Assembly: GCF_000143415.4 (NCBI RefSeq)
Contig: NW_003314361.1
Coordinates: 186,001 to 250,000 of the forward strand
DNA: 64,000 bases
Direction of reading: 5' to 3'
Source: Selaginella moellendorffii
Taxonomy: Eukaryota; Plantae; Lycopodiophyta
Shown here: positions 13,215 through 24,253 of the stretch, in pieces
Layout of the letters: each line of letters begins with the position of its first letter
Numbering within the stretch: position 1 is the stretch's first letter
Position numbers and translations under genes: made by a program
Notes under the pieces: model-generated
What the model saw: the letters and a program-made list of their open reading frames with translations, nothing else
Database searches by the model: none
What the model was told of the DNA's origin: nothing

Positions 13215-15245
13215 TTAAGCACCAGCAAGGCAGTGCAAGAGGCTTATCCCAGGCCTAAACAGGCGAGCTGCTTGTTAAGCATCTCCTGCTCGCCTCCCCC
13301 CTGCAACTCCTGCTCATAGCACCAGTAAGTGCATTGCAATCGTAAGCAAATGTATCAGATCCTTCTCCCATCTTGAGAAGTAGAGGCCCCAGCTCACATT
13401 TCCCAATGACCACAGCAATCGCCTTGTCACTCGCCGCCCCTCTCGCTCAAGGTGGTATTTGTTCCGTGGGTGTAGGAGCAGCACACCAAGCTCAATAACG
13501 CCTTGTCGTCCAAGTCCGCGGCGCTATAACTGACACGGGCACGCTGCCATGCCGAGCACTGGCTCCGTCACGTTTTGGCACAGTGTTATGGTCGGCTCCG
13601 ACAAGTGCTGCTCAATCTCCCGCGAGGCATCTGCAAAACATTTATCATGCTTGGTGTGGAGCTCTAGATATCCGTACCTGGCAGCTTGAAGCCCCGAGGG
13701 AAATCAGCATTGAGAATCCGCCGTCGGCGTGGTTTGGAAAGATGGGAGCTCCCCAAATTCTTCCTGTAGCGCAGCTCCTGCCGTAGAACCATGTCGGTTT
13801 AACAAGATCAGGCACACACCTCCACAATGTAGGAGATTGACACCCGTGTTTTTCAGGACCGGCAGCAGCGGCTTGAGCATCTGGTAGCCTCCAAGCTGCA
13901 CGGCAGCAGATGTCGTCCAGCATCCAGCTGCACTCTTCCTGCTCCTCCTCCACCTGCAAGCTCACCGCGGCCAACAAGTTCACGAAGCTCTTTTCCAACC
14001 TCAGCCTTCGCTTTGCCTTTGGCAGGCTTATCATCCACACCTCGCACTTGGTCGCAACGCGGTCGGTGTCATTGTCTACGAGCCCGACCTTGCCTCTTCC
14101 AGCAGCGAGTGTCCGGTCAAGATCAGCAACTACTATTTCATGTTTCATGAAATAGTCATCTGCTTCGGATGCAGGTTGTCAGATTTGTCTCGAACTGCCG
14201 CGGAGTGCTGCTCCAGCCTGTGGGGTGACAAATGCTTTACACAGTCGTTAGAGCCATGGTCGAGCAAATCAATGTGTTTTACAGCCGGCTAGGATGGCCG
14301 CAGTGTAGAAACTCAGATCATCCTTTGGACATATCAATGTCGCTCGAGGAAAGTGGCACCACCTGCGAGCTGGAGGTAACGTTGAGCACGAAGGAGAGTG
14401 CCAGGTGAAGCATGGGCATGGCTGGCGGCAACGTCTGCCCCTGGTTACGATCAGCCACCTCCTTGCTGGGAGCATAGCAATGCTTGTTAATACTTGACAC
14501 AGGACAGAAGATAGTAGTAGGAGGCATGTATAGAAGAGCCGGCACACCATCTCGGTCACGTCGAAGGCGTCACTTTGCTGCTGCAGTTCCACCATTGTCT
14601 TGGCTTGGATCTCAACCGCGGCAATAGTTGACGGCTGAGAGAGCGAATGGCATAAATAAAAGCGATCAGTGAACCTTCAGGACGGTAGTATCGAATATCT
14701 CTAACCAAAGAGTGAAAATTCATGCAAGGAAGGTCGCCGAGAGTCCAGCCGCGGCTGCTACTGGAGATTCTTGCTTACACGATGGAGCTGTGACATGATG
14801 TCGATCAACGCTGGATGTTGGAGAAGCAAGCAATGTCGGCAACTGGCCAGTGCCAGGATCCTCGTAGCGGCAAAGGCTGAGATGCTGTGCTGCCGGTCGG
14901 GACGTGCAGCCACATGTAGAAGAGCGCCAGCAGGCAACCATGGAAGGGAACAGATGAAGCAAGTCATAGGATCCTTTCACGGCATAGATAACAAATAAGT
15001 GGATTGTATGGCAACACACATGGGCTCCCTTGTCCGTATTAGTTCCCAGGTTATGGAGCGAGTGCGGGAGCGTCAAAGGCGCAGGTTCTTCTATGTGGAC
15101 GGCTGTGGAATCGATATTGACGTAACCACCTTTCATCACGAGTTTTTGACTAAGAGACCAGCATCTAGCACGAGCGTCCACTCTCCCTCCCGTGTTTGAG
15201 CGGGCGAGGAAGATAAACTTGAGGCAGCACACAAGTTACTTCAAG

Positions 15246-15331
15246 CATCCAAGCTTTGCTAAACCCTTCCATCCACGAATTCTAATCGTCACATCCAAGC
15301 TTTGCTAAACCCACGAATTCTAATCGTCACA
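15246..15331. repeat. Short imperfect tandem duplication (CATCCAAGCTTTGCTAAACCC...CCACGAATTCTAATCGTCACA x2)
   Basis: Two adjacent copies; the second lacks about 8 nt in the middle. Confidence 0.85.
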
Positions 15332-15699
15332 AGCAAAAGCTCCTCACCATCACACCATCCCTATGGACTCAATACAAAAAAGAGAAGGAAGAGGAGGAAT
15401 TTTTTTCAGCCATGCAAGTTAATAAAGGCTAGCTTAGCTCTAGGATGCTGAGAGGGCTCCAGCGAGAAGAAACAAAAACTCCATTATTTTTATTTTTATT
15501 TTTATTTTTTTGTGATGGAGCCGGATGAACATGTACAGTAGTTGTACAGTCCTTTTCAAACATGCTTCTATTTTGTTTACATTTTCCTGCTTCCTTTTTC
15601 TCCGTTTCATTTCTTTCCCGAACAATCGACTACGAAAATTTTCCTTGATTTCAATTTATACAGACAAATTTCTCGAGACGGAACCCAGCACGTAGCGAG

Positions 15700-16419
15700 C
15701 TAGGAGCTAGCGTAGCGGCCGACCTGGTGTGGCCATGCAGGCGAGAAGACTGGCGACAAGAGCGGCAAATCCTTGAACAGGTCGTGCTGCAGGAGAAAGT
15801 TTGGCGTGGGGATTGGCGACGACCATCCCAGTGATCCGCCCGCCGGAGTGGCTGCCAGACTCGCGTTCATCGAATCCCCCGTGCCTACTGACAAATTGAT
15901 GTGCTCGTCGCTGCTATGGCTAGCGAGGAGAGGGCTTTTGAAGGATCCTAGACTAAGATCGTCCGTCACAGCCAATCCTTGAGAGGAGGAGTGATCATCA
16001 TTATGGGGAGCGTCATCCATCTCTTCTGGCAGATTCGGCCTGGTGGGCTTGTACACACCACCTGGGTGATCATCACTGGCGTTGGAATGCGCGAGCCTGG
16101 ATTTAAACTTCTTGGAGGAGGAGGAAGAGAAGGAGGAGGATACCTTGGTGGATTTCGTGGAGATGGTCTTCTTGCAGCGAAGGCGCGTGTCGGAGGAACC
16201 CGTCAGGCGCTGGACGAGCTCCATGAAATCCTGCGTGCTCGTCTGGATCACCTTGGGCGAGTATGTGTGAATTATAACCGGCCCGCGACGAGCCCCCGGC
16301 AGCGGCGGCTTGGAGCGCCTGGGCGAGGACACAGCCTTGTTCTTGGAATTCCTTGGATCTCTGGAGCTGGAGGAAGAGTCATCGCTGCCACCAGCGATCT
16401 TCAGCGGGGGAGGCCGCAT
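15700..16419 (-). CDS. VQ motif-containing protein (MKS1-like), intronless
   Basis: PVIIHTYSPKVIQTS followed by FMELVQRLTG (FxxxVQxLTG); SP-rich C-terminus. Confidence 0.92.
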   Translation of the reverse strand: MRPPPLKIAGGSDDSSSSSRDPRNSKNKAVSSPRRSKPPLPGARRGPVIIHTYSPKVIQTSTQDFMELVQRLTGSSDTRLRCKKTISTKSTKVSSSFSSSSSKKFKSRLAHSNASDDHPGGVYKPTRPNLPEEMDDAPHNDDHSSSQGLAVTDDLSLGSFKSPLLASHSSDEHINLSVGTGDSMNASLAATPAGGSLGWSSPIPTPNFLLQHDLFKDLPLLSPVFSPAWPHQVGRYASS

Positions 16420-17354
16420 GGCTGAATCGACGCTGAGCGGTGGCCAAAACCTTGGAGTAGCGGATCAAATCAAATCGCCTCGCGAAGGAAAAGAAATAAA
16501 GATTGGCTAGAATAGCGCGTGAGACTGCGACAGCGCAAGGCGATGAAATGCGACTTAACAACACTACGCGAGTGATCAGCTGCGTTTTTAAGCCGGTTTT
16601 GCCCACTGTTCCTTCCACGAAACTTCCTTCTCTCCGCGCTGGCGGCGCGGCGGCGGAGCTGGTGGTGGCGGCGGTGGTGGCGCTGGTGGTGGCGCTGGTG
16701 GTGGCGCTGCTAGCGCCGGCGAAGATCCTCCATTTAAGAGCTCGATCGGATCGATATGGATGGAAGTTATGAGATGTATTAGCGATCGATACAAAGAAAA
16801 AAAAATGGTTTTCCAAGTCAACACCAAGAGGATTACGTGCGTGCATGAACTCATGCATGCGTTGGACGGAGCGGATATTCCAGCGATTCCGTGCGCGTCA
16901 TCTCTTTTGCACAGATTCTTGCAAAAGATGGCGGGCGGGAGGAGGATGCTCGTGCACTCCAAGTGTTTGACAAACAAGACCTGCGCACCATCTCGGGATT
17001 TGTGGAGAATATACAAGGAGAGAAAAAAGAAAGTTATTTGTCTCGTAAGAAAGGAACCAGGAAAAGATAATCTAGTACCTCTCGAGAATTCTCATTGATC
17101 TATCATTTGGTAATTGGATCCAGCGCAGCCCAGCGACAAAATAGAAGCATGCAAAGGTAGTGGGGAAAAGCTTAGATCTTGTTTGAAACGAAAAGATTCT
17201 ACCACTTTCCGCAAGGATACATGAATCGCGAACGAGGGAGCGAGCTTTTGGTTGCTTCCTTGCGGTGCACCTGATGAAACTTCGGCTACGCACACGGAGA
17301 ACGGCAGATCAACAAAAGAAGACCTTGACACAGTGACCGAGCTTCGAGTAGCAT

Positions 17355-18650
17355 TCAATCGCCAGCGGCAGACAAGACTGCTTTGGTCGTCGTCCTCGTC
17401 GTTGTCGTCGCCGTCGCCACCGTCGACTCAGTGGATTCGGCACGTCTCTCCTTCTCGGTCTCCACCAGAGCTGCAAAACAAGCGATGCCATCGCCAAGTT
17501 GGTTTGCCCAGCACATAATGACGAAAGCTTTCCTGGAAGTCGCCTGGAGAAGCTTGCTCTCCTTCTTGGTGTCGACCATCTTGAGCTTCTTGGACTCGTC
17601 GATGGAGGCTTCCAGCATTCGTTGGAGATCGGCCAAGGCACGTACCACCGCGGGCCTTCCAATCCGGAGAAGTGCCGCTGTATCATCGCAGAGCAACAGA
17701 CTGAGCTGGCTGCCACCCGCGTGCCTGAAAGCCGGCAAGCACACGGCCTCTGAGCAGTAGCATATCACCTCGGTGACCGTCTAGAACTTTGGACGTCGCT
17801 AGCAAATCCATGGCCGCGTCCAGCGGACTGTCCTTCCACTCGCCATTGTAAAGCCGCATCACGAAGCAGTAGCTGTAAAGGAGATCGATGAGGTGCACCG
17901 GGCGTAGCGGCGAAGGATCAAGTTTAGAGAGGTGACGTAGCGGCGGTAGAGCTTGCGATGGAGGAGGAGGAGCTTCACTTGTTCGTCTTTGCTCGTCGAG
18001 TCGAGCGGTTGCAGGAGACTGTTACCTTGAGAGCCGAGAGTCAAGGATTTGGCACCCGGTTTTAGCCACCAGGGCTCCCATGGCTCGATAAGGTGGCACA
18101 GCTATCCGCTTGCCACAGCTCGTTGAAACGCTTTTAGTTCGTCCAAGGATAAATCAGCCACTGTGACCTCGGCTCCTAGGAAGAAGAAAAATGAAAAGAA
18201 AGAGTGAGTGAATGAATCGAAGAACACGCGAAGAACTTACCAGCAATTAATTTGTGCAAGGTCTCGTCCGAGATGAAAGTCTCCTCCTCTTCTGTGCCAC
18301 CATGCCAAGTTAGAAACTCTATCCATCCAGGGAAAACTCTGGTGCCAGACCATCGTTAATGGATTCCTTTCCTTCCTCGCTTTGCCTTTGCAATGCTTGC
18401 AGAATTTTTTGCTTCGTCTCCTTGGACACCTCCACATTCTTCATCTCCGCGAGAACGTTGTCGCGAGAGAAGGCTTCTGTGCACTGCACACTGTGGCCCT
18501 GTCACACCAGAAACACCACGAATTCCCTCACCTTGTAACACTGGAGCGAGCAATAGTGAAGATTGCAGCGGGGGCACGTGTAATTCGCATAATGCTTCTG
18601 GCAGCTGCGAGAAGAAAACGAGAATGTAAGCAAAACCGATGACGCGCCAT
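17355..18650 (-). pseudogene. ZNHIT2: Decayed copy of ZNHIT2
   Basis: Compared with the copy at 19877-21252: deletion of the exon-1 3' end and donor site (first Cys lost, ~18640), deletion in the intron 3' region (~18500), and a frameshifting ~20-nt deletion at ~17781. Confidence 0.88.
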
Positions 18651-19017
18651 TTCCTTCCCATCGAGCCGTACGACAACGAATCCATAAATCTTTAGGAAAC
18701 CAATTTGCATCCATTATATTGGTGGCGAAGCTGTGCCTCAGTTCCTGATCAAAGCACACCTATCTGTATTCTTATCTCGCGCTCTGTCTCTCATCCGAGG
18801 AAGAAGCAGTTCCCGGGTAGGGCGAGCACATTAGTTGCCAAAAGAACCTGACTTGATCCGACAGCTGCCAACAGTTGGATCAAGTTAACGGGTGAGCCAC
18901 ATCCCGTTAAGGAGGAGTGTTTGATCGCATGTGCGGCAGCAAGCTGCAAATTACATCCTCGGGACGTTGCACGTCCCAACACACTTAGATTGCAACTGTA
19001 AGCTTGGGAACACCGCG

Positions 19018-19315
19018 GCATGGATTGCGACATAGGATGGAGCGATTCCAGCTCCAATCTCAACGCTACGTACTCCACATCCGATATTATGCTGCTCCTC
19101 AGCTCCAGGCACTGGAAGAAGCGATCCGGCCACAAGAAGTTGCCAAGAATCTCCAATACCTCATGATCTTGCCTCCTAGATGCTCTAGATCCCTAGCTGC
19201 CGTCCATCTCCGCCTGCTCCCATCTGGCGCACCTCGAGGTGAAAGAATTTGAGCGAGAAGACCGCGTTGAAGGGGATCAGTCCGAATTATGGAAAAGCAG
19301 AGAGTGGGCATCAAG
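19018..19315 (-). pseudogene. Inverted, deletion-riddled fragment of the O-fucosyltransferase gene at 50064-51263
   Basis: Translates to MPTL, RRWTAARDLEHL, EILG, FLWPD, FQCLELRSSIISDVEYVA.RLEL, PSYVA, matching source ~50295-50723. Confidence 0.92.
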
Positions 19316-19876
19316 TGATGAGCTGCGTTTTAAGCCGGTTTTGCCCACTGTTCCTTCCCTTCCCTCCGCCCTGGCGGCGCGGCGGCGGCGCTGGTAGTGG
19401 CGTTGGTAGTGGCGCTGCTAGCAAGATCCTCCATTTAAGAGCTCGATCGGATCGATATGGATGGAAGTTATAAGATGTAAAAAAAAAATTGGTTTGCAAG
19501 TCAACACCATCCTTTCGAGATGAGGGGATGATTGATGTATGCCTCTGATGTTATTGGATTCAATTCAAACCTCGTCGTTTTCGCAGTTTAATGGACGGGG
19601 ATCCCACCACGGAAAAGGCAGAAGAGAAAAAAGAAACTTTTTCGTCTCGATATGATCTATCATTTGGTAATTGGATCCAGCGACAAAATAGAAACACGCA
19701 AAAGTAGTGGAAAAAAGCTTAGATCTTGTTTGAAACGAAAAGATTGATTGAGCGAGGGAGCGAGCTTTTGGTTGCTTTACTTTGCGATGCACCTGATGAA
19801 ACTTCGGCTACGCACACGGAGAACGGCAGATCAACAAAAGAAGACCTTGACACAGTGACCGAGCTTCGAGTAGCAC

Positions 19877-21252
19877 TCAATCGCCAGCGGCAGACAAAAA
19901 TGCTTTGGTCGTCGTCCTCGTCGTCCTCGTCGTTGTCCTCGCCGTCGCCACCGTCGACTCAGTGGATTCGGCACGTCTCTCCTTCTCGGTCTCCACCAGA
20001 GCTGCTAAACAAGCGACGCCATCGCCAAGTTGGTTCGCCCAGCACATAAGGAAGAAAGCTTTCCTGGAAGCCGCCTGGAGAAGCTTGCTCTCCTTCTTGG
20101 TGTCGACCATCTTGAGCTTCTTGGACTCGTCGATGGAGGCTTCCAGCATTCGTTGGAGATCTGCCAAGGCACGTACCACCGCGGGCCTTCCAATCCGGAG
20201 AAGTGCCGCTGTATCATCGCAGAGCAACAGACTGAGCTGGCTGCCACCCGCGTGCCTGAAAGCCGGCGAGCACACGGCCTCGGAGCAGTAGCATATCACC
20301 TCGGTGACCGTCTCGGGTTGAGCCGACTGCGATAGAACTTTGGACGTCGCTAGCAAATCCATGGCCGCGTCCAGCGGACTGTCCTTCCACTCGCCATTGT
20401 AAAGCCGCATCACGAAGCAGTAGCTGTAAAGGAGATCGATGAGGTGCACCGGGAGTAGCGGCGAAGGATCAAGTTTAGAGAGGTGACTTAGCGGCGGTAG
20501 AGCTTGCGATGGAGGAAGAGGAGCTTCGCTAGTACTCTCTTGTTCGTCGTTGCTCGTCGAGTCGAGCGGTTGCACGAGGCTGTTACCTTGAGAGCCGAGA
20601 GTCAAGGATTTGGCACCCGGTTTTAGCCACCAGGGCTCCCATGGCTCGATAAGGTGGCACAGCTCTCCGCTTGCCACAGCTCGTTTAAACGCTTTTAGTT
20701 CGGCCAAGGATAAATCAGCCACTGTGACCTCGGCTCCTAGGAAGAAGAAAAGAAAGAGTGAGTGACTGAATCGAAGAACACGCGAAGAACTTACCAGCAA
20801 TTAATTTCTGCAAAGTCTCGTCCGAGATGGAAGTCTCCTCCTCTTCTGTGCCACCATGCCAAGTTAGAAACTCTATCCATCCAGGGAAAAATTTGCTACC
20901 AGACCATCGTTAATGGATTCCTTTCCTTCCTCGCTTTGCCTTTGCAATGCTTGCAGAATTTTTTGCTTCGTCTCCTTGGACACCTCCACATTCTTCATCT
21001 CCGCGAGAACGTTGTCGCGAGAGAAGGCTTCCGTGCATTGCACACTGTGGCCCTGCCCGAAAGAATCAACAGTCACACCAGAAACACCACGATATCCTCA
21101 CCTTGTAACACTGGAGCGAGCAATAGCGAAGATTGCAGCGGGGGCATGTGTAATTCGCGTACTGCTTCTGGCAGCTGCGAGAAGAAAACGAGAATGTAAG
21201 CAAAACCGATCGCAAAGACGAGCCCTTACATGCGACACACTAGACGCGCCAT
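19877..21252 (-). CDS. ZNHIT2: Zinc finger HIT domain protein 2 (ZNHIT2-like); 4 exons
   Basis: Spliced N-terminus MARLVCRICQKQYANYTCPRCNLRYCSLQCYKGHSVQCTEAF (zf-HIT); IEPWEPWW and LLYSYCFVMRLYNGEW. Confidence 0.88.
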
Positions 21253-21353
21253 TTCCTTCCTCAAGAACCCTAAAACCCAAATATGCTGAGAATGGGATTC
21301 GAACCCATCAAGTAAAAGCGTTTAAGATAGAGGCAGTTTTTTTAGGTTTTGCT

Positions 21354-24041
21354 ATGGACTACCAGTCACTACTAAAGGTACTGTGGTCTGCTCTTCCTCG
21401 CCGAAAGTGTGCCACGGGAGGCAAGGTTGATGGAAGCAGATTCGCCATGCCCACCTCCTTGCGAGTGGAGGGCGCTGGAGATCTCGCCCTCCCTCTCTCC
21501 GGCGATGGCTTTCTCAAGCTCAAGGCCGTGGCGCAGCAAGCATCCTATGGAAAGGGCGAGGAAACCTTGCTCGACACAGACGTGCGCGGCGCATGGCAAG
21601 TGGAGGCATCCAAGGTGTGTTGCCCACAGATCCCAGACTTTTTCTCGAAGGTAGTGCTCGCCATGGCCAGTCCCGTGATCGAGGAGCTGGGGATTGATGC
21701 GGCTGCGCTTGGGTTGGACGTGAGACTGTATACGCTGCTGTTGTATGAGCAGGGTGGACACGTCAAGTTCCACAGGGATACTGAGAAGGAAGATGGCATG
21801 TTTGCGACGATGATCTTGCAGCTTCCAACGCAGTCCGGCCACGAGGGCGGTAAGCTGGAGATTCGTCACGGCAAGAAGAAAAGTGTCACTTTTGATTTCT
21901 CTGGTGCTGATTCGAGGACGGGGTACTTCCAGACGGCTTTCTTCTGCGACTGCGAGCACAAGCTGGCCGAGGTGACGAGCGGGACAAGGCTCTGCCTGGT
22001 GTTTAGCCTGGTGCGGAAGTTCATGGATGTGGATGCTTGCAAGGTTCCACACTACTTGTCAGCTCTCGGGAGCGTCCAAGGCCAAATGAAAGAATGGACC
22101 GAGAATGTGAAAGGCACCTCGTCACCGATCCTCGCAATTCCGCTGGGTCACAAGTACTCGAAAAACAGCTTGAGCTTTGCGGGGCTCAAGGGACACGACA
22201 GGGTTGTGGCGGCGCTTGTGCTGAGCTGCAAAAGCTTTCTCGACGTTTATCTCTGCATGCTCGTCAAGCAGACGTGCACCTCGAACGTGATTTATAACGT
22301 ATGCGAGACTGACTTGTACAGTGTGACGAACTGGACAGCGATAGACGATAAAAAACTCGAGCACTTCACAAGTAGTAGCCTGTCTATAAAGGATCAGGTT
22401 GTGAGGGACGAAAGCAACGAGAATGATCCTTTTGGCAACTCACCAGATAAGAATGTGACACACTATGGCGACAATGGCAGCTATACAACCTCATTTTATC
22501 ACACTGCTGCCTTAGTAGTGTGGCCCAAGGATTGCAGAATGGAGGCGCTGTGCGCAACACAACCAGTCAGATGTGTAGTGAACTGGCTTGAGGAGCAGCA
22601 CAAGCGTGAGCCTGGCCGGACGAGTGGGGATTTAGAGCGATACGTGGATGCTCTATCAAACTCCCAGGATACGAGTTTCGATGAAATTCTGCTAGAGTTT
22701 TGCATCAAGCACGACTTTCGCGATGCTGCCTTTTCGATCATGAAGAAGTGGGGGTTGGAGCTCATGGAAACAGCAGCGCAGGATATGGTTGCTACGGTAC
22801 AAAAGTATGGATGGGATGAATGCTACAGCGGGGTGATTGAGGGGCTCTTGCAGGAGGAAGATAAGAAGCACGGGATTGTAAGCTTTGCCGAGCATCTGAA
22901 CGCGAATGGCTTGCAGGAGGCGGGTGTATTTTTTGCACAGAAGCTCTTGGCGGAGGAGAGAGTCTGCGAGAGCAGCTTGTTCTTGGCACGTTTGCTGGGC
23001 TTCTTCGTCAAGTGTGGACGTGAAGATGATGCATGGAAGATTTTGGGTGTCGCACCCCCGCTTCCAAATAGTTGCTTAGTCCAGGTAGTCAAAAAGTGGG
23101 GAGAGACGAGCTTTCCTCGCATCGAAGAGTTCTGGGAGAAGACATTGACAGAGCAAGAGGTTTTGTGGAAGCGAGAAGCAGAGAAGCCCAATGGAGGATA
23201 TGAGTCTATTTCCAGCGAAACAAAAAAGATGGAAAAGCTGGCTGCACTCCAGCAGGAAGGAAGGAGAAGTTTTCTGAGAAGGGTCGCGGCATTTGTTGTG
23301 GAGCTCGAGTGTCGAGGGTGTCACGATGCTGCAATGGCCTTGGCAAAGAAGAGATTCATCAAGGATATTGACTTCGAACAAATCTATGGCGGGCTAAGGG
23401 AAATCGAGAGTGCGGATGCGCTTGTGTTGCTCTTGGGTCTGGACGAGAAGTTTCATAACACTGTGAAGAAAGTGAATGACCAGGGGCTAAGAGATACTGT
23501 GGTGGAAGTGAAAAAAGCAGCAGGGCTGTTTGGCTTGAAGAAGGATGAAAAGATGACGCAGCTCTTCTCGGAACTTCTGTCACGAGCACTGGTATATGAT
23601 AGTCACAACAAGGAACTGGCTGAAGTTGCAATTTGGCTGGGCAATGAGGAAATGGTGGAGAGTATAGTAAAGCGTGTGAGAAATGGTGATTTTAAACTTT
23701 TGGAGAAAGAACCTTTCGAGAAAGAACTTTTGGAGTATGGCAGCTTGTATTGTAAGAAGACATGGGACGACATTGCTAGCTTGATTAAGATATCCAAGAG
23801 ATGGGACGATGTTGCTAGAGACGGGTTGAAGAAGGTGATCAATGCTAAAATTTGCTACTATGAAGGGGTGAGTAGTAGCAATGATGTGGATGAAGATGAA
23901 GATGAGGAGGAAGAGAAAAGAAAGAAACGCCGAAAGCTAAACCCAAGGGTTGAACGTGTTAAGTATGAGCAAAGTAAAGAAAGCTCAGGTTCCGATATCG
24001 ACAGGCTGCAGAAGCTCTTGGTTGATTTGGATTGTCTCTAG
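21354..24041 (+). CDS. Intronless ~895-aa 2OG-Fe(II) oxygenase-domain protein with helical C-terminus, acidic tract and basic NLS-like motif
   Basis: AQQASYGKGEETLLDTDVRGAWQ, LLLYEQGG..FHRDTEKEDGMFATMILQLP, HEGGKL, AFFCDCEHKLAEVTSGTRLCLVFSL (HxD...H...R), LGHKYS...LKGHDR; EEEKRKKRRK. Confidence 0.85.
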   Translation: MDYQSLLKVLWSALPRRKCATGGKVDGSRFAMPTSLRVEGAGDLALPLSGDGFLKLKAVAQQASYGKGEETLLDTDVRGAWQVEASKVCCPQIPDFFSKVVLAMASPVIEELGIDAAALGLDVRLYTLLLYEQGGHVKFHRDTEKEDGMFATMILQLPTQSGHEGGKLEIRHGKKKSVTFDFSGADSRTGYFQTAFFCDCEHKLAEVTSGTRLCLVFSLVRKFMDVDACKVPHYLSALGSVQGQMKEWTENVKGTSSPILAIPLGHKYSKNSLSFAGLKGHDRVVAALVLSCKSFLDVYLCMLVKQTCTSNVIYNVCETDLYSVTNWTAIDDKKLEHFTSSSLSIKDQVVRDESNENDPFGNSPDKNVTHYGDNGSYTTSFYHTAALVVWPKDCRMEALCATQPVRCVVNWLEEQHKREPGRTSGDLERYVDALSNSQDTSFDEILLEFCIKHDFRDAAFSIMKKWGLELMETAAQDMVATVQKYGWDECYSGVIEGLLQEEDKKHGIVSFAEHLNANGLQEAGVFFAQKLLAEERVCESSLFLARLLGFFVKCGREDDAWKILGVAPPLPNSCLVQVVKKWGETSFPRIEEFWEKTLTEQEVLWKREAEKPNGGYESISSETKKMEKLAALQQEGRRSFLRRVAAFVVELECRGCHDAAMALAKKRFIKDIDFEQIYGGLREIESADALVLLLGLDEKFHNTVKKVNDQGLRDTVVEVKKAAGLFGLKKDEKMTQLFSELLSRALVYDSHNKELAEVAIWLGNEEMVESIVKRVRNGDFKLLEKEPFEKELLEYGSLYCKKTWDDIASLIKISKRWDDVARDGLKKVINAKICYYEGVSSSNDVDEDEDEEEEKRKKRRKLNPRVERVKYEQSKESSGSDIDRLQKLLVDLDCL

Positions 24042-24253
24042 AAATTGCATTTGAGTCATATTTTCATTATTTATTACATATAAATAGCCGGAGATAATCG
24101 CAGAGATATTGCAGAGTGGAGGCGCTGAGACTGGCTCGAGGAGCATGAGCCTGGAGCGATAGTTTTCTAAAAACAAGAAAACCTCAATCTTGACACGAGG
24201 ACTTCTGTATATATAATATGTACACAGCTCAGCTCTATAAGAAACGTAATCTT

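Larger units (their letters stand above)
16571..21260. repeat. Tandem segmental duplication: about 16571-18660 vs about 19314-21260
   Basis: Long near-identical blocks, e.g. GAAGATCCTCCATTTAAGAGCTCGATCGGATCGATATGGATGGAAGTTAT-like tracts at ~16721 and ~19423, and the ZNHIT2 exons in both copies. Confidence 0.95.

Noticed and set aside
16503-16772. ORF with a hydrophobic VVALVVAL stretch
   Set aside because: Produced by a 12-bp GC-rich repeat and not preserved in the duplicate copy
20913-21353. N-terminal extension of the 1042-aa ORF
   Set aside because: Antisense to ZNHIT2 exons and introns; the likely start is ATG 21354
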